DNA of 64,000 nt from the human T2T-CHM13v2.0 reference genome, Homo sapiens: NCBI RefSeq assembly GCF_009914755.1, contig NC_060939.1; one strand, 5' to 3'. Shown here one piece after another: positions 12,681 through 27,600 of this stretch. The notes below the pieces were generated by a model that was given only the letters and a program-made list of their open reading frames with translations, searched no databases and was not told where the DNA came from. Each line of letters begins with the position of its first letter. Position 1 is the first letter of the stretch. Both the position numbers and the translations under genes were made by a program.

Positions 12681-15600
12681 TTGAGTCCATTCAATTCCAT
12701 TCCTTTCGTTTCCATTCCATTTGATGCCATTCCATTCAATTCTGTTCTACTCGACTCCAATACATTCAATTCCATTCCATGCGATTCCATTACGTTCTTT
12801 TCATTTCTTATCCATTTCAAGCCATTCCACTCCATTCCATTCCACTCGGTTCCTTTCCATTCGAGTCATTCCTCTCCAGTCCATTCCGTTCAATCCATTC
12901 CATTCCAGTCCATTCCATTCGAGTCCGTTCCATTCCAGTCCATTCCATTCGAGTCAATTCCATTCCATTCGATGTCTTTCCATAACGATCCATTCCATTC
13001 TATTCCTTTCGATTCCATTCCATTCTATTTCATTCCATTCGATTCCCTTCCATTGGACTCCTTTCCATTCGAGTGCATTCCATTCCGTTCCATTTCTTTC
13101 CGTTCTGTACGATTCCTACCGTTCGATTTCATTTTGTTCCAGTCCATTCCTTTCGCGTCCATTCCATTCCATTTCACTCCATTCGATTCCATTCCACTCG
13201 ATTCCACTTCGTTCCATTTCATTGCATTCCATTCTATTCAACTCTATTGCCTTCCATTCCATTGCATTCGATTACATTCCATGCGATTCCATTCGAAATC
13301 GAATCAATTACATTGCAATCCATTACTATTGAGTCCGTTTTATTCCAGTCCACTGCATTCTGTTCCATTCCATTTGATTCCATTCCATTCTATTCCATTC
13401 CATACAGTTGCATTCCATTGGATTCCATGCTATATCTATAAATTCAATTCGAGACCATTGCTTTTGAGTCCATTCCATATGATTCCATTCCATTCAAGTC
13501 CATTACATTTGGTTCAATTCCATTCCATTCCATTCCCTTCCATTCCATTCCATTTGATATCAATCCATTCGATTCCATTCCATTCGAGCACATTCCATTC
13601 GAGTCCATTCCATTCGATGCCATTCCATTTGATTCTATTCCATTAGTCTCCATTCAATTCCATTAATCTCCCTTCCATTCCATTCTACTCCAACTGATTC
13701 CATTCCATTCTATTCCTTTCCATTCCATTTCATTCCATTCCATTCCATTTCATTCCATTCCATTCCATTCGCTTCCATTCCATTCGTGTCCATTCCACTC
13801 CATTCCATTCCATTCGTGTCAATTCCATTCCAGTCCTTTCCATTTGTGTCCACTGCACTCCATTCCACTCCATTCCATATTATTCCATTACACTCCATTC
13901 CATTCTATTACTTTCATTTCCATTCAATTCCATTCCATTTGATTCCATTCCACTCGGTTTCATTCCATTTGAGTCCACTCCATTCCATTCCATTCCATTC
14001 AGTTCCATTCCATTCTGTTCCATTCCATTCCGTTCCGTTACATTCCATTCCATTCGGTACCATTTCATATTGTTCCATTCGATTCCATTCGAATCCATTC
14101 CATTCCAGTCCATTCCATTCGATTCCATTCCATTCATTTCAATTCCATTCCATTCCATTCCATTACATTCCACTTGATTCCTCTCCATTCCCTTCCACTG
14201 CATTCCGTTCGATTCCATTCCATTGCATTGCATTCCATTCCATTGGATTGCATTCCATTCGATTCCATTCCATTCGAATCAATTACATAGCAATCCATTA
14301 CATTCGAGTCTATTCTCTTCCGTTCCATTCGGTTTCGTTCCAATCCATTCGATTCCATTCCATTCGATTCCATTCCATACTATTGCATTCCATTCGATTA
14401 CATTATATTCGAATAAGTTCCATTCAAGACCATTTCTTTTGAGTCCATTCTATTTGAGTCCATTCCCTTTGATTCCATAACATTTGAGTCCATTCAATTC
14501 CATTCCTTTCGTTTGCATTCCATTTGATGCCATTCCATTCAATTCTGTTCTACTCGACTCCAATACATTCAATTCCATTCCATCCGATTCCATTACATTC
14601 TTTTCATTTCTTATCCATTTCAAGCCATTCCACTCCATTCCATTCCACTCGTTTCCTTTCCATTCGAGTCCATTCCTCTCCAGTCCATTCCGTTCAATCC
14701 ATTCCATTCCAGTCCATTCCATTCGAGTCCGTTCCATTCCAGTCCATTCCATTCGAGTCAATTCCATTCCATTCGATGTCTTTCCATAACGATCCATTCC
14801 ATTCTATTCCTTTCGATTCCATTCCATTCTATTTCATTCCATTCGATTCCCTTCCATTGGACTCCTTTCCATTCGAGTGCATTCCATTCCGTTCCATTTC
14901 TTTCCGTTCTGTACGATTCCTACCGTTCGATTTCATTTTCTTCCAGTCCATTCCTTTCGCGTCCATTCCATTCCATTTCACTCCATTCGATTCCATTCCA
15001 CTCGATTCCACTTCGTTCCATTTCATTGCATTCCATTCTATTCAACTCTATTGCCTTCCATTCCATTCCATTCGATTACATTCCATGCGATTCCATTCGA
15101 AATCGAATCAATTACATTGCAATCCATTACTATTGAGTCCATTTTATTCCAGTCCACTGCATTCTGGTCCATTCCATTTGATTCCATTCCATTCTATTCC
15201 ATTCCATACAGTTGCATTCCATTGGATTCCATTCTATATCTATAAATTCAATTCGAGACCATTGCTTTTGAGTCCATTCTATATGATTCCATTCCATTCA
15301 AGTCCATTACATTTGGTTCAATTCCATTTCATTCCATTCCCTAACATTCCATTCCAGTTGATATCAATCCATTCGATTCCATTCCATTCGAGCACATTCC
15401 ATTCGAGTCCATTCCATTCGATGCCATTCCATTTGATTCTATTCCATTAGTCTCCATTCAATTCCATTAATCTCCATTCCATTCCATTCTACTCCAACTG
15501 ATTCCATTCCATTCTATTCTTTTCCATTCCATTTCATTCCATTCCATTCCATTCCATTCCATTCCATTCCATTCGTGTCCATTCCACTCCAGTCCATTCC

Positions 15601-18600
15601 ATTCGTATCCATTCCATTCCAGTCCATTCCATTTGTGTCCACTGCATTCCATTCCACTCCATTCCATATTATTCCATTACACTCCATTCCATTCTATTAC
15701 TTTCATTTCCATTCAATTCCATTCCATTTGATTCCATTCCACTCGGTTTCATTCCATTTGAGTCCACTCCATTCCATTCCATTCCATTCAGTTCCATTCC
15801 ATTCTGTTCCATTCCATTCCGTTCCATTACATTCCATTCCATTCGGTATCATTCCATATTGTTCCATTCGATTCCATTCGAATCCATTCCATTCCAGTCC
15901 ATTCCATTCGATTCCATTCCATTCATTTCAATTCCATTCCATTCCATTCCATTACATTCCACTTGATTCCTCTCCATTCCCTTCCACTGCATTCCGTTCA
16001 ATTCCATTCCATTGCATTGCATTCCATTCCATTGGATTGCATTCCATTCGATTCCATTCCATTCGAATCAATTACATAGCAATCCATTACATTCGAGTCT
16101 ATTCTCTTCCGTTCCATTCGATTTCGTTCCAATCCATTCGATTCCATTCCATTCGATTCCATTCCATACTATTGCATTCCATTCGATTACATTATATTCG
16201 AATACGTTCCATTCAAGACCATTTCTTTTGAGTCCATTCTATTTGAGTCCATTCCCTTTGATTCCATAACATTTGAGTCCATTCAATTCCATTCCTTTCG
16301 TTTCCATTCCATTTGATGCCATTCCATTCAATTCTGTTCTACTCGACTCCAATACATTCAATTCCATTCCATCCGATTCCATTACATTCTTTTCATTTCT
16401 TATCCATTTCAAGCCATTCCACTCCATTCCATTCCACTCGTTTCCTTTCCATTCGAGTCCATTCCTCTCCAGTCCATTCCGTTCAATCCATTCCATTCCA
16501 GTCCATTCCATTCGAGTCCGTTCCATTCCAGTCCATTCCATTCGAGTCAATTCCATTCCATTCGATGTCTTTCCATAACGATCCATTCCATTCTATTCCT
16601 TTCGATTCCATTCCATTCTATTTCATTCCATTCGATTCCCTTCCATTGGACTCCTTTCCATTCGAGTGCATTCCATTCCGTTCCATTTCTTTCCGTTCTG
16701 TACGATTCCTACCGTTCGATTTCATTTTGTTCCAGTCCATTCTTTCGCGTCCATTCCATTCCATTTCACTCCATTCGATTCCATTCCACTCGATTCCACT
16801 TCGTTCCATTTCATTGCATTCCATTCTATTCAACTCTATTGCCTTCCATTCCATTCCATTCGATTACATTCCATGCGATTCCATTCGAAATCGAATCAAT
16901 TACATTGCAATCCATTACTATTGAGTCCGTTTTATTCCAGTCCACTGCATTCTGGTCCATTCCATTTGATTCCATTCCATTCTATTCCATTCCATACAGT
17001 TGCATTCCATTGGATTCCATGCTATATCTATAAATTCAATTCGAGACCATTGCTTTTGAGTCCATTCTATATGATTCCATTCCATTCAAGTCCATTACAT
17101 TTGGTTCAATTCCATTCCATTCCATTCCCTTCCATTCCATTCCAGTTGATATCAATCCCTTCGATTCCATTCCATTCGAGCACATTCCATTCGAGTCCAT
17201 TCCATTCGATGCCATTCCATTTGATTCTATTCCATTAGTCTCCATTCAATTCCATTAATCTCCATTCCATTCCATTCTACTCCAACTGATTCCATTCCAT
17301 TCTATTCCTTTCCATTCCATTTCATTCCATTCCATTCCATTCCATTCCATTCCATTCCATTCGTGTCCATTCCACTCCAGTCCATTCCATTCGTGTCCAT
17401 TCCATTCCAGTCCATTCCATTTGTGTCCACTGCATTCCATTCCACTCCATTCCATATTATTCCATTACACTCCATTCCATTCTATCACTTTCATTTCCAT
17501 TCAATTCCATTCCATTTGATTCCATTCCACTCGGTTTCATTCCATTTGAGTCCACTCCATTCCATTCCATTCCATTCCATTCAGTTCCATTCCATTCTGT
17601 TCCATTCCATTCCGTTCCATTACATTCCATTCCATTCGGTACCATTCCATATTGTTCCATTCGATTCCATTCGAATCCATTCCATTCCAGTCCATTCCAT
17701 TCGATTCCATTCCATTCATTTCAACTCCATTCCATTCCATTCCATTACATTCCACTTGATTCCTCTCCATTCCCTTCCACTGCATTCCGTTCGATTCCAT
17801 TCCATTGCATTGCATTCCATTCCATTGGATTGCATTCCATTCGATTCCATTCCATTCGAATCAATTACATAGCAATCCATTACATTCGAGTCTATTCTAT
17901 TCCGTTCCATTCGATTTCGTTCCAATCCATTCGATTCCATTCCATTCGATTCCATTCCATACTATTGCATTCCATTCGATTACATTATATTCGAATAAGT
18001 TCCATTCAATACCATTTCTTTTGAGTCCATTCTATTTGAGTCAATTCCCTTTGATTCCATAACATTTGAGTCCATTCAATTCCATTCCTTTCGTTTCCAT
18101 TCCATTTGATTCCATTCCATTCAATTCTGTTCTACTCGACTCCAATACATTCAATTCCATTCCATCCGATTCCATTACATTCTTTTCATTTCTTATCCAT
18201 TTCAAGCCATTCCACTCCATTCCATTCCACTCGTTTCCTTTCCATTCGAGTCCATTCCTCTCCAGTCCATTCCGTTCAATCCATTCCATTCCAGTCCATT
18301 CCATTCGAGTCCGTTCCATTCCAGTCCATTCCATTCGAGTCAATTCCATTCCATTCGATGTCTTTCCATAACGATCTATTCCATTCTATTCCTTTCGATT
18401 CCATTCCATTCTATTTCATTCCATTCGATTCCCTTCCATTGGACTCCTTTCCATTCGAGTGCATTCCATTCCTTTCCATTTCTTTCCGTTCTGTACGATT
18501 CCTACCGTTCGATTTCATTTTGTTCCAGTCCATTCCTTTCGCGTCCATTCCATTCCATTTCACTCCATTCGATTCCATTCCACTCGATTCCACTTCGTTC

Positions 18601-21600
18601 CATTTCATTGCATTCCATTCTATTCAACTCTATTGCCTTCCATTCCATTCCATTCGATTACATTCCATGCGATTCCATTCGAAATCGAATCAATTACATT
18701 GCAATCCATTACTATTGAGTCCGTTTTATTCCAGTCCACTGCATTCTGGTCCATTCCATTTGATTCCATTCCATTCTATTCCATTCCATACAGTTGCATT
18801 CCATTGGATTCCATGCTATATCTATAAATTCAATTCGAGACCATTGCTTTTGAGTCCATTCTATATGATTCCATTCCATTCAAGTCCATTACATTTGGTT
18901 CAATTCCATTCCATTCCATTCCCTTCCATTCCATTCCATTTGATATCAATCCATTCGATTCCATTCCATTCGAGCACATTCCATTCGAGTCCATTCCATT
19001 CGATGCCATTCCATTTGATTCTATTCCATTAGTCTCCATTCAATTCCATTAATCTCCATTCCATTCCATTCTACTCCAACTGATTCCATTCCATTCTATT
19101 CCTTTCCATTCCATTTCATTCCATTCCATTCCATTTCATTCCATTCCATTCCATTCGTGTCCATTCCACTCCAGTCCATTCCATTCCAGTCCATTCCATT
19201 TGTGTCCACTGCATTCCATTCCACTCCATTCCATATTATTCCATTACACTCCATTCCATTCTATTACTTTCATTTCCATTCAATTCCATTCCATTTGATT
19301 CCATTCCACTCGGTTTCATTCCATTTGAGTCCACTCCATTCCATTGCATTCCATTCAGTTCCATTCCATTCTGTTCCATTCCATTCCGTTCCATTACATT
19401 CCATTCCATTCGGTACCATTCCATATTGTTCCATTCGATTCCATTCGAATCCATTCCATTCCAGTCCATTCCATTCGATACCATTCCATTCATTTCAATT
19501 CCATTCCATTCCATTCCATTACATTCCACTTGATTCCTCTCCATTCCCTTCCACTGCATTCCGTTCGATTCCATTCCATTGCATTGCATTCCATTCCATT
19601 GGATTGCATTCCATTCGATTCCATTCCATTCGAATCAATTACATAGCAATCCATTACATTCGAGTCTATTCTATTCCGTTCCATTCGATTCCGTTCCAAT
19701 CCATTCGATTCCATTCCATTCGATTCCATTCCATACTATTGCATTCCATTCGATTACATTATATTCGAATAAGTTCCATTCAAGACCATTTCTTTTGAGT
19801 CCATTCTATTTGAGTCCATTCCCTTTGATTCCATAACATTTGAGTCCATTCAATTCCATTCCTTTCGTTTCCATTCCATTTGATGCCATTCCATTCAATT
19901 CTGTTCTACTCGACTCCAATACATTCAATTCCATTCCATCCGATTCCATTACATTCTTTTCATTTCTTATCCATTTCAAGCCATTCCACTCCATTCCATT
20001 CCACTCGTTTCCTTTCCATTCGAGTCATTCCTCTCCAGTCCATTCCGTTCAATCCATTCCATTCCAGTCCATTCCATTCGAGTCCGTTCCATTCCAGTCC
20101 ATTCCATTCGAGTCAATTCCATTCCATTCGATGTCTTTCCATAACGATCCATTCCATTCTATTCCTTTCGATTCCATTCCATTCTATTTCATTCCATTCG
20201 ATTCCCTTCCATTGGAATCCTTTCCATTCGAGTGCATTCCATTCCGTTCCATTTCTTTCCGTTCTGTACGATTCCTACCGTTCGATTTCATTTTGTTCCA
20301 GTCCATTCCTTTCGCGTCCATTCCATTCCATTTCACTCCATTCGATTCCATTCCACTCGATTCCACTTCGTTCCATTTCATTGCATTCCATTCTATTCAA
20401 CTCTATTGCCTTCCATTCCATTCCATTCGATTACATTCCATGCGATTCCATTCGAAATCGAATCAATTACATTGCAATCCATTACTATTGAGTCCGTTTT
20501 ATTCCAGTCCACTGCATTCTGTTCCATTCCATTTGATTCCATTCCATTCTATTCCATTCCATACAGTTGCATTCCATTGGATTCCATTCTATATCTATAA
20601 ATTCAATTCGAGACCATTGCTTTTGAGTCCATTCTATATGATTCCATTCCATTCAAGTCCATTACATTTGGTTCAATTCCATTTCATTCCATTCCCTAAC
20701 ATTCCATTCCAGTTGATATCAATCCATTCGATTCCATTCCATTCGAGCACATTCCATTCGAGTCCATTCCATTCGATGCCATTCCATTTGATTCTATTCC
20801 ATTACTCTCCATTCAATTCCATTAATCTCCATTCCATTCCATTCTACTCCAACTGATTCCATTCCATTCTATTCCTTTCCATTCCATTTCATTCCATTCC
20901 ATTCCATTTCATTCCATTCCATTCCATTCGCTTCCATTCCATTCGTGTCCATTCCACTCCAGTCCATTCCATTCGTGTCCATTCCATTCCAGTCCATTCC
21001 ATTTGTGTCCACTGCATTCCATTCCACTCCATTCCATATTATTCCATTACACTCCATTCCATTCTATTACTTTCATTTCCATTCAATTCCATTCCATTTG
21101 ATTCCATTCCACTCGGTTTCATTCCATTTGAGTCCACTCCATTCCATTCCATTGCATTCCATTCAGTTCCATTCCATTCTGTTCCATTCCATTCCGTTCC
21201 ATTACATTCCATTCCATTCGGTACCATTCCATATTGTTCCATTCGATTCCATTCGAATCCATTCCATTCCAGTCCATTCCATTCGATTCCATTCCATTCA
21301 TTTCAATTCCATTCCATTCCATTCCATTACATTCCACTTGATTCCTCTCCATTCCCTTCCACTGCATTCCGTTCGATTCCATTCCATTGCATTGCATTCC
21401 ATTCCATTGGATTGCATTCCATTCGATTCCATTCCATTCGAATCAATTACATAGCAATCCATTACATTCGAGTCTATTCTATTCCGTTCCATTCGATTTC
21501 GTTCCAATCCATTCGATTCCATTCCATTCGATTCCATTCCATACTATTGCATTCCATTCGATTACATTATATTCGAATAAGTTCCATTGAAGACCATTTC

Positions 21601-24600
21601 TTTTGAGTCCATTCTATTTGAGTCCATTCCCTTTGATTCCATAACATTTGAGTCCATTCAATTCCATTCCTTTCGTTTCCATTCCATTTGATGCCATTCC
21701 ATTCAATTCTGTTCTACTCGACTCCAATACATTCAATTCCATTCCATCCGATTCCATTACATTCTTTTCATTTCTTATCCATTTCAAGCCATTCCACTCC
21801 ATTCCATTCCACTCGTTTCCTTTCCATTCGAGTCCATTCCTCTCCAGTCCATTCCGTTCAATCCATTCCATTTCAGTCCATTCCATTCGAGTCCGTTCCA
21901 TTCCAGTCCATTCCATTCGAGTCAATTCCATTCCATTCGATGTCTTTCCATAACGATCCATTCCATTCTATTCCTTTCGATTCCATTCCATTCTATTTCA
22001 TTCCATTCGATTCCCTTCCATTGGACTCCTTTCCATTCGAGTGCATTCCATTCCGTTCCATTTATTTCCGTTCTGTACGATTCCTACCGTTCGATTTCAT
22101 TTTGTTCCAGTCCATTCCTTTCGCGTCCATTCCATTCCATTTCACTCCATTCGATTCCATTCCACTCGATTCCACTTCGTTCCATTTCATTGCATTCCAT
22201 TCTATTCAACTCTATTGCCTTCCATTCCATTCCATTCGATTACATTCCATGCGATTCCATTCGAAATCGAATCAATTACATTGCAATCCATTACTATTGA
22301 GTCCGTTTTATTCCAGTCCACTGCATTCTGGTCCATTCCATTTGATTCCATTCCATTCTATTCCATTCCATACAGTTGCATTCCATTGGATTCCATGCTA
22401 TATCTATAAATTCAATTCGAGACCATTGCTTTTGAGTCCATTCTATATGATTCCATTCCATTCAAATCCATTACTTTTGGTTCAATTCCATTCCATTCCA
22501 TTCCCTTCCATTCCATTCCATTTGATATCAATCCATTCGATTCCATTCCATTCGAGCACATTCCATTCGAGTCCATTCCATTCGATGCCATTCCATTTGA
22601 TTCTATTCCATTAGTCTCCATTCAATTCCATTAATCTCCATTCCATTCCATTCTACTCCAACTGATTCCATTCCATTCTATTCCTTTCCATTCCATTTCA
22701 TTCCATTCCATTCCATTTCATTCCATTCCATTCCATTCGTGTCCATTCCACTCCAGTCCATTCCATTCGTGTCCATTCCATTCCAGTCCATTCCATTTGT
22801 GTCCACTGCATTCCATTCCACTCCATTCCATATTATTCCATTACACTCCATTCCATTCTATCACTTTCATTTCCATTCAATTCCATTCCATTTGATTCCA
22901 TTCCACTCGGTTTCATTCCATTTGAGTCCACTCCATTCCATTCCATTGCATTCCATTCAGTTCCATTCCATTCTGTTCCATTCCATTCCGTTCCATTACA
23001 TTCCATTCCATTCGGTACCATTCCATATTGTTCCATTCGATTCCATTCGAATCCATTCCATTCCAGTCCATTCCATTCGATTCCATTCCATTCATTTCAA
23101 TTCCATTCCATTCCATTCCATTACATTCCACTTGATTCCTCTCCATTCCCTTCCACTGCATTCCGTTCGATTCCATTCCATTGCATTGCATTCCATTCCA
23201 TTGGATTGCATTCCATTCGATTCCATTCCATTCGAATCAATTACATAGCAATCCATTACATTCGAGTCTATTCTCTTCCGTTCCATTCGATTTCGTTCCA
23301 ATCCATTCGATTCCATTCCATTCGATTCCATTCCATACTATTGCATTCCATTCGATTACATTCTATTCGAATAAGTTCCATTCAAGACCATTTCTTTTGA
23401 GTCCATTCTATTTGAGTCCATTCCCTTTGATTCCATAACATTTGAGTCCATTCAATTCCATTCCTTTCGTTTCCATTCCATTTGATGCCATTCCATTCAA
23501 TTCTGTTCTACTCGACTCCAATACACTCAATTCCATTCCATCCGATTCCATTACATTCTTTTCATTTCTTATCCATTTCAAGCCATTCCACTCCATTCCA
23601 TTCCACTCGTTTCCTTTCCATTCGAGTCCATTCCTCTCCAGTCCATTCCGTTCAATCCATTCCATTCCAGTCCATTCCATTCGAGTCCGTTCCATTCCAG
23701 TCCATTCCATTCGAGTCAATTCCATTCCATTCGATGTCTTTCCATAACGATCCATTCCATTCTATTCCTTTCGATTCCATTCCATTCTATTTCATTCCAT
23801 TCGATTCCCTTCCATTGGACTCCTTTCCATTCGAGTGCATTCCATTCCTTTCCATTTCTTTCCGTTCTGTACGATTCCTACCGTTCGATTTCATTTTGTT
23901 CCAGTCCATTCCTTTCGCGTCCATTCCATTCCATTTCACTCCATTCGGTTCCATTCCACTCGATTCCACTTCGTTCCATTTCATTGCATTCCATTCTATT
24001 CAACTCTATTGCCTTCCATTCCATTCCATTCGATTACATTCCATGCGATTCCATTCGAAATCGAATCAATTACATTGCAATCCATTACTATTGAGTCCGT
24101 TTTATTCCAGTCCACTGCATTCTGGTCCATTCCATTTGATTCCATTCCATTCTATTCCATTCCATACAGTTGCATTCCATTGGATTCCATGCTATATCTA
24201 TAAATTCAATTCGAGACCATTGCTTTTGAGTCCATTCTATATGATTCCATTCCATTCAAGTCCATTACATTTGGTTCAATTCCATTCCATTCCATTCCCT
24301 TCCATTCCATTCCATTTGATATCAATCCATTCGATTCCATTCCATTCGAGCACATTCCATTCGAGTCCATTCCATTCGATGCCATTCCATTTGATTCTAT
24401 TCCATTAGTCTCCATTCAATTCCATTAATCTCCATTCCATTCCATTCTACTCCAACTGATTCCATTCCATTCTATTCCTTTCCATTCCATTTCATTCCAT
24501 TCCATTCCATTTCATTCCATTCCATTCCATTCGTGTCCATTCCACTCCAGTCCATTCCATTCGTGTCCATTCCATTCCAGTCCATTCCATTTGTGTCCAC

Positions 24601-27600
24601 TGCATTCCATTCCACTCCATTCCATATTATTCCATTACACTCCATTCCATTCTATTACTTTCATTTCCATTCAATTCCATTCCATTTGATTCCATTCCAC
24701 TCGGTTTCATTCCATTTGAGTCCACTCCATTCCATTCCATTCCATTCCATTCAGTTCCATTCCATTCTGTTCCATTCCATTCCGTTCCATTACATTCCAT
24801 TCCATTCGGTACCATTCCATATTGTTCCATTCGATTCCATTCGAATCCATTCCATTCCAGTCCATTCCATTCGATTCCATTCCATTCATTTCAATTCCAT
24901 TCCATTCCATTCCATTACATTCCACTTGATTCCTCTCCATTCCCTTCCACTGCATTCCGTTCGATTCCATTCCATTGTATTGCATTCCATTCCATTGGAT
25001 TGCATTCCATTCGATTCCATTCCATTCGAAACAATTACATAGCAATCCATTACATTCGAGTCTATTCTCTTCCGTTCCATTCGATTTCGTTCCAATCCAT
25101 TCGATTCCATTCCATTCGATTCCATTCCATGCTATTGCATTCCATTCTATTACATTATATTCGAATAAGTTCCATTCAAGACCATTTCTTTTGAGTCCAT
25201 TCTATTTGAGTCCATTCCCTTTGATTCCATAACATTTGAGTCCATTCAATTCCATTCCTTTCGTTTCCATTCCATTTGATGCCATTCCATTCAATTCTGT
25301 TCTACTCGACTCCAATACATTCAATTCCATTCCATCCGATTCCATTACATTCTTTTCATTTCTTATCCATTTCAAGCCATTCCACTCCATTCCATTACAC
25401 TCGTTTCCTTTCCATTCGTGTCCATTCCTCTCCAGTCCATTCCGTTCAATCCATTCCATTCCAGTCCATTCCATTCGAGTCCGTTCCATTCTAGTCCATT
25501 CCATTCGAGTCAATTCCATTCCATTCGATGTCTTTCCATAACGATCCATTCCATTCTATTCCTTTCGATTCCATTCCATTCTATTTCATTCCATTTGATT
25601 CCCTTCCATTGGACTCCTTTCCATTCGAGTGCATTCCATTCCGTTCCATTTCTTTCCGTTCTGTACGATTCCTACCGTTCGATTTCATTTTGTTCCAGTC
25701 CATTCCTTTCGCGTCCATTCCATTCCATTTCACTCCATTCGATTCCATTCCACTCGATTCCACTTCGTTCCATTTCATTGCATTCCATTCTATTCAACTC
25801 TATTGCCTTCCATTCCATTCCATTCGATTACATTCCATGCGATTCCATTCGAAATCGAATCAATTACATTGCAATCCATTACTATTGAGTCCGTTTTATT
25901 CCAGTCCACTGCATTCTGGTCCATTCCATTTGATTCCATTCCATTCTATTCCATTCCATACAGTTGCATTCCATTGGATTCCATGCTATATCTATAAATT
26001 CAATTCGAGACCATTGCTTTTGAGTCCATTCTATATGATTCCATTCCATTCAAGTCCATTACATTTGGTTCAATTCCATTCCATTCCATTCCCTTCCATT
26101 CCATTCCATTTGATATCAATCCATTCGATTCCATTCCATTCGAGCACATTCCATTCGAGTCCATTCCATTCGATGCCATTCCATTTGATTCTATTCCATT
26201 AGTCTCCATTCAATTCCATTAATCTCCATTCCATTCCATTCTATTCCAACTGATTCCATTCCATTCTATTCCTTTCCATTCCATTTCATTCCATTCCATT
26301 CCATTTCATTCCATTCCATTCCATTCGTGTCCATTCCACTCCAGTCCATTCCATTCGTGTCCATTCCATTCCAGTCCATTCCATTTGTGTCCACTGCATT
26401 CCATTCCACTCCATTCCATATTATTCCATTACACTCCATTCCATTCTATTACTTTCATTTCCATTCAATTCCATTCCATTTGATTCCATTCCACTCGGTT
26501 TCATTCCATTTGAGTCCACTCCATTCCATTCCATTCCATTCCATTCAGTTCCATTCCATTCTGTTCCATTCCATTCCGTTCCATTACATTCCATTCCATT
26601 CGGTACCATTCCATATTGTTCCATTCGATTCCATTCGAATCCATTCCATTCCAGTCCATTCCATTCGATTCCATTCCATTCATTTCAATTCCATTCCATT
26701 CCATTCCATTACATTCCACTTGATTCCTCTCCATTCCCTTCCACTGCATTCCGTTCGATTCCATTCCATTGCATTGCATTCCATTCCATTGGATTGCATT
26801 CCATTCGATTCCATTCCATTCGAATCAATTACATAGCAATCCATTACATTCGAGTCTATTCTATTCCGTTCCATTCGATTTCGTTCCAATCCATTCGATT
26901 CCATTCCATTCGATTCCATTCCATACTATTGCATTCCATTCGATTACATTATATTCGAATAAGTTCCATTCAAGACCATTTCTTTTGAGTCCATTCTATT
27001 TGAGTCCATTCCCTTTGATTCCATAACATTTGAGTCCATTCAATTCCATTCCTTTCGTTTCCATTCCATTTGATGCCATTCCATTCAATTCTGTTCTACT
27101 CGACTCCAATACATTCAATTCCATTCCATCCGATTCCATTACATTCTTTTCATTTCTTATCCATTTCAAGCCATTCCACTCCATTCCATTCCACTCATTT
27201 CCTTTCCATTCGAGTCCATTCCTCTCCAGTCCATTCCGTTCAATCCATTCCATTCCAGTCCATTCCATTCGAGTCCGTTCCATTCCAGTCCATTCCATTC
27301 GAGTCAATTCCATTCCATTCGATGTCTTTCCATAACGATCCATTCCATTCTATTCCTTTCGATTCCATTCCATTCTATTTCATTCCATTCGATTCCCTTC
27401 CATTGGACTCCTTTCCATTCGAGTGCATTCCATTCCGTTCCATTTATTTCCGTTCTTTACGATTCCTACCGTTCGATTTCATTTTGTTCCAGTCCATTCC
27501 TTTCGCGTCCATTCCATTCCATTTCACTCCATTCGATTCCATTCCACTCGATTCCACTTCGTTCCATTTCATTGCATTCCATTCTATTCAACTCTATTGC

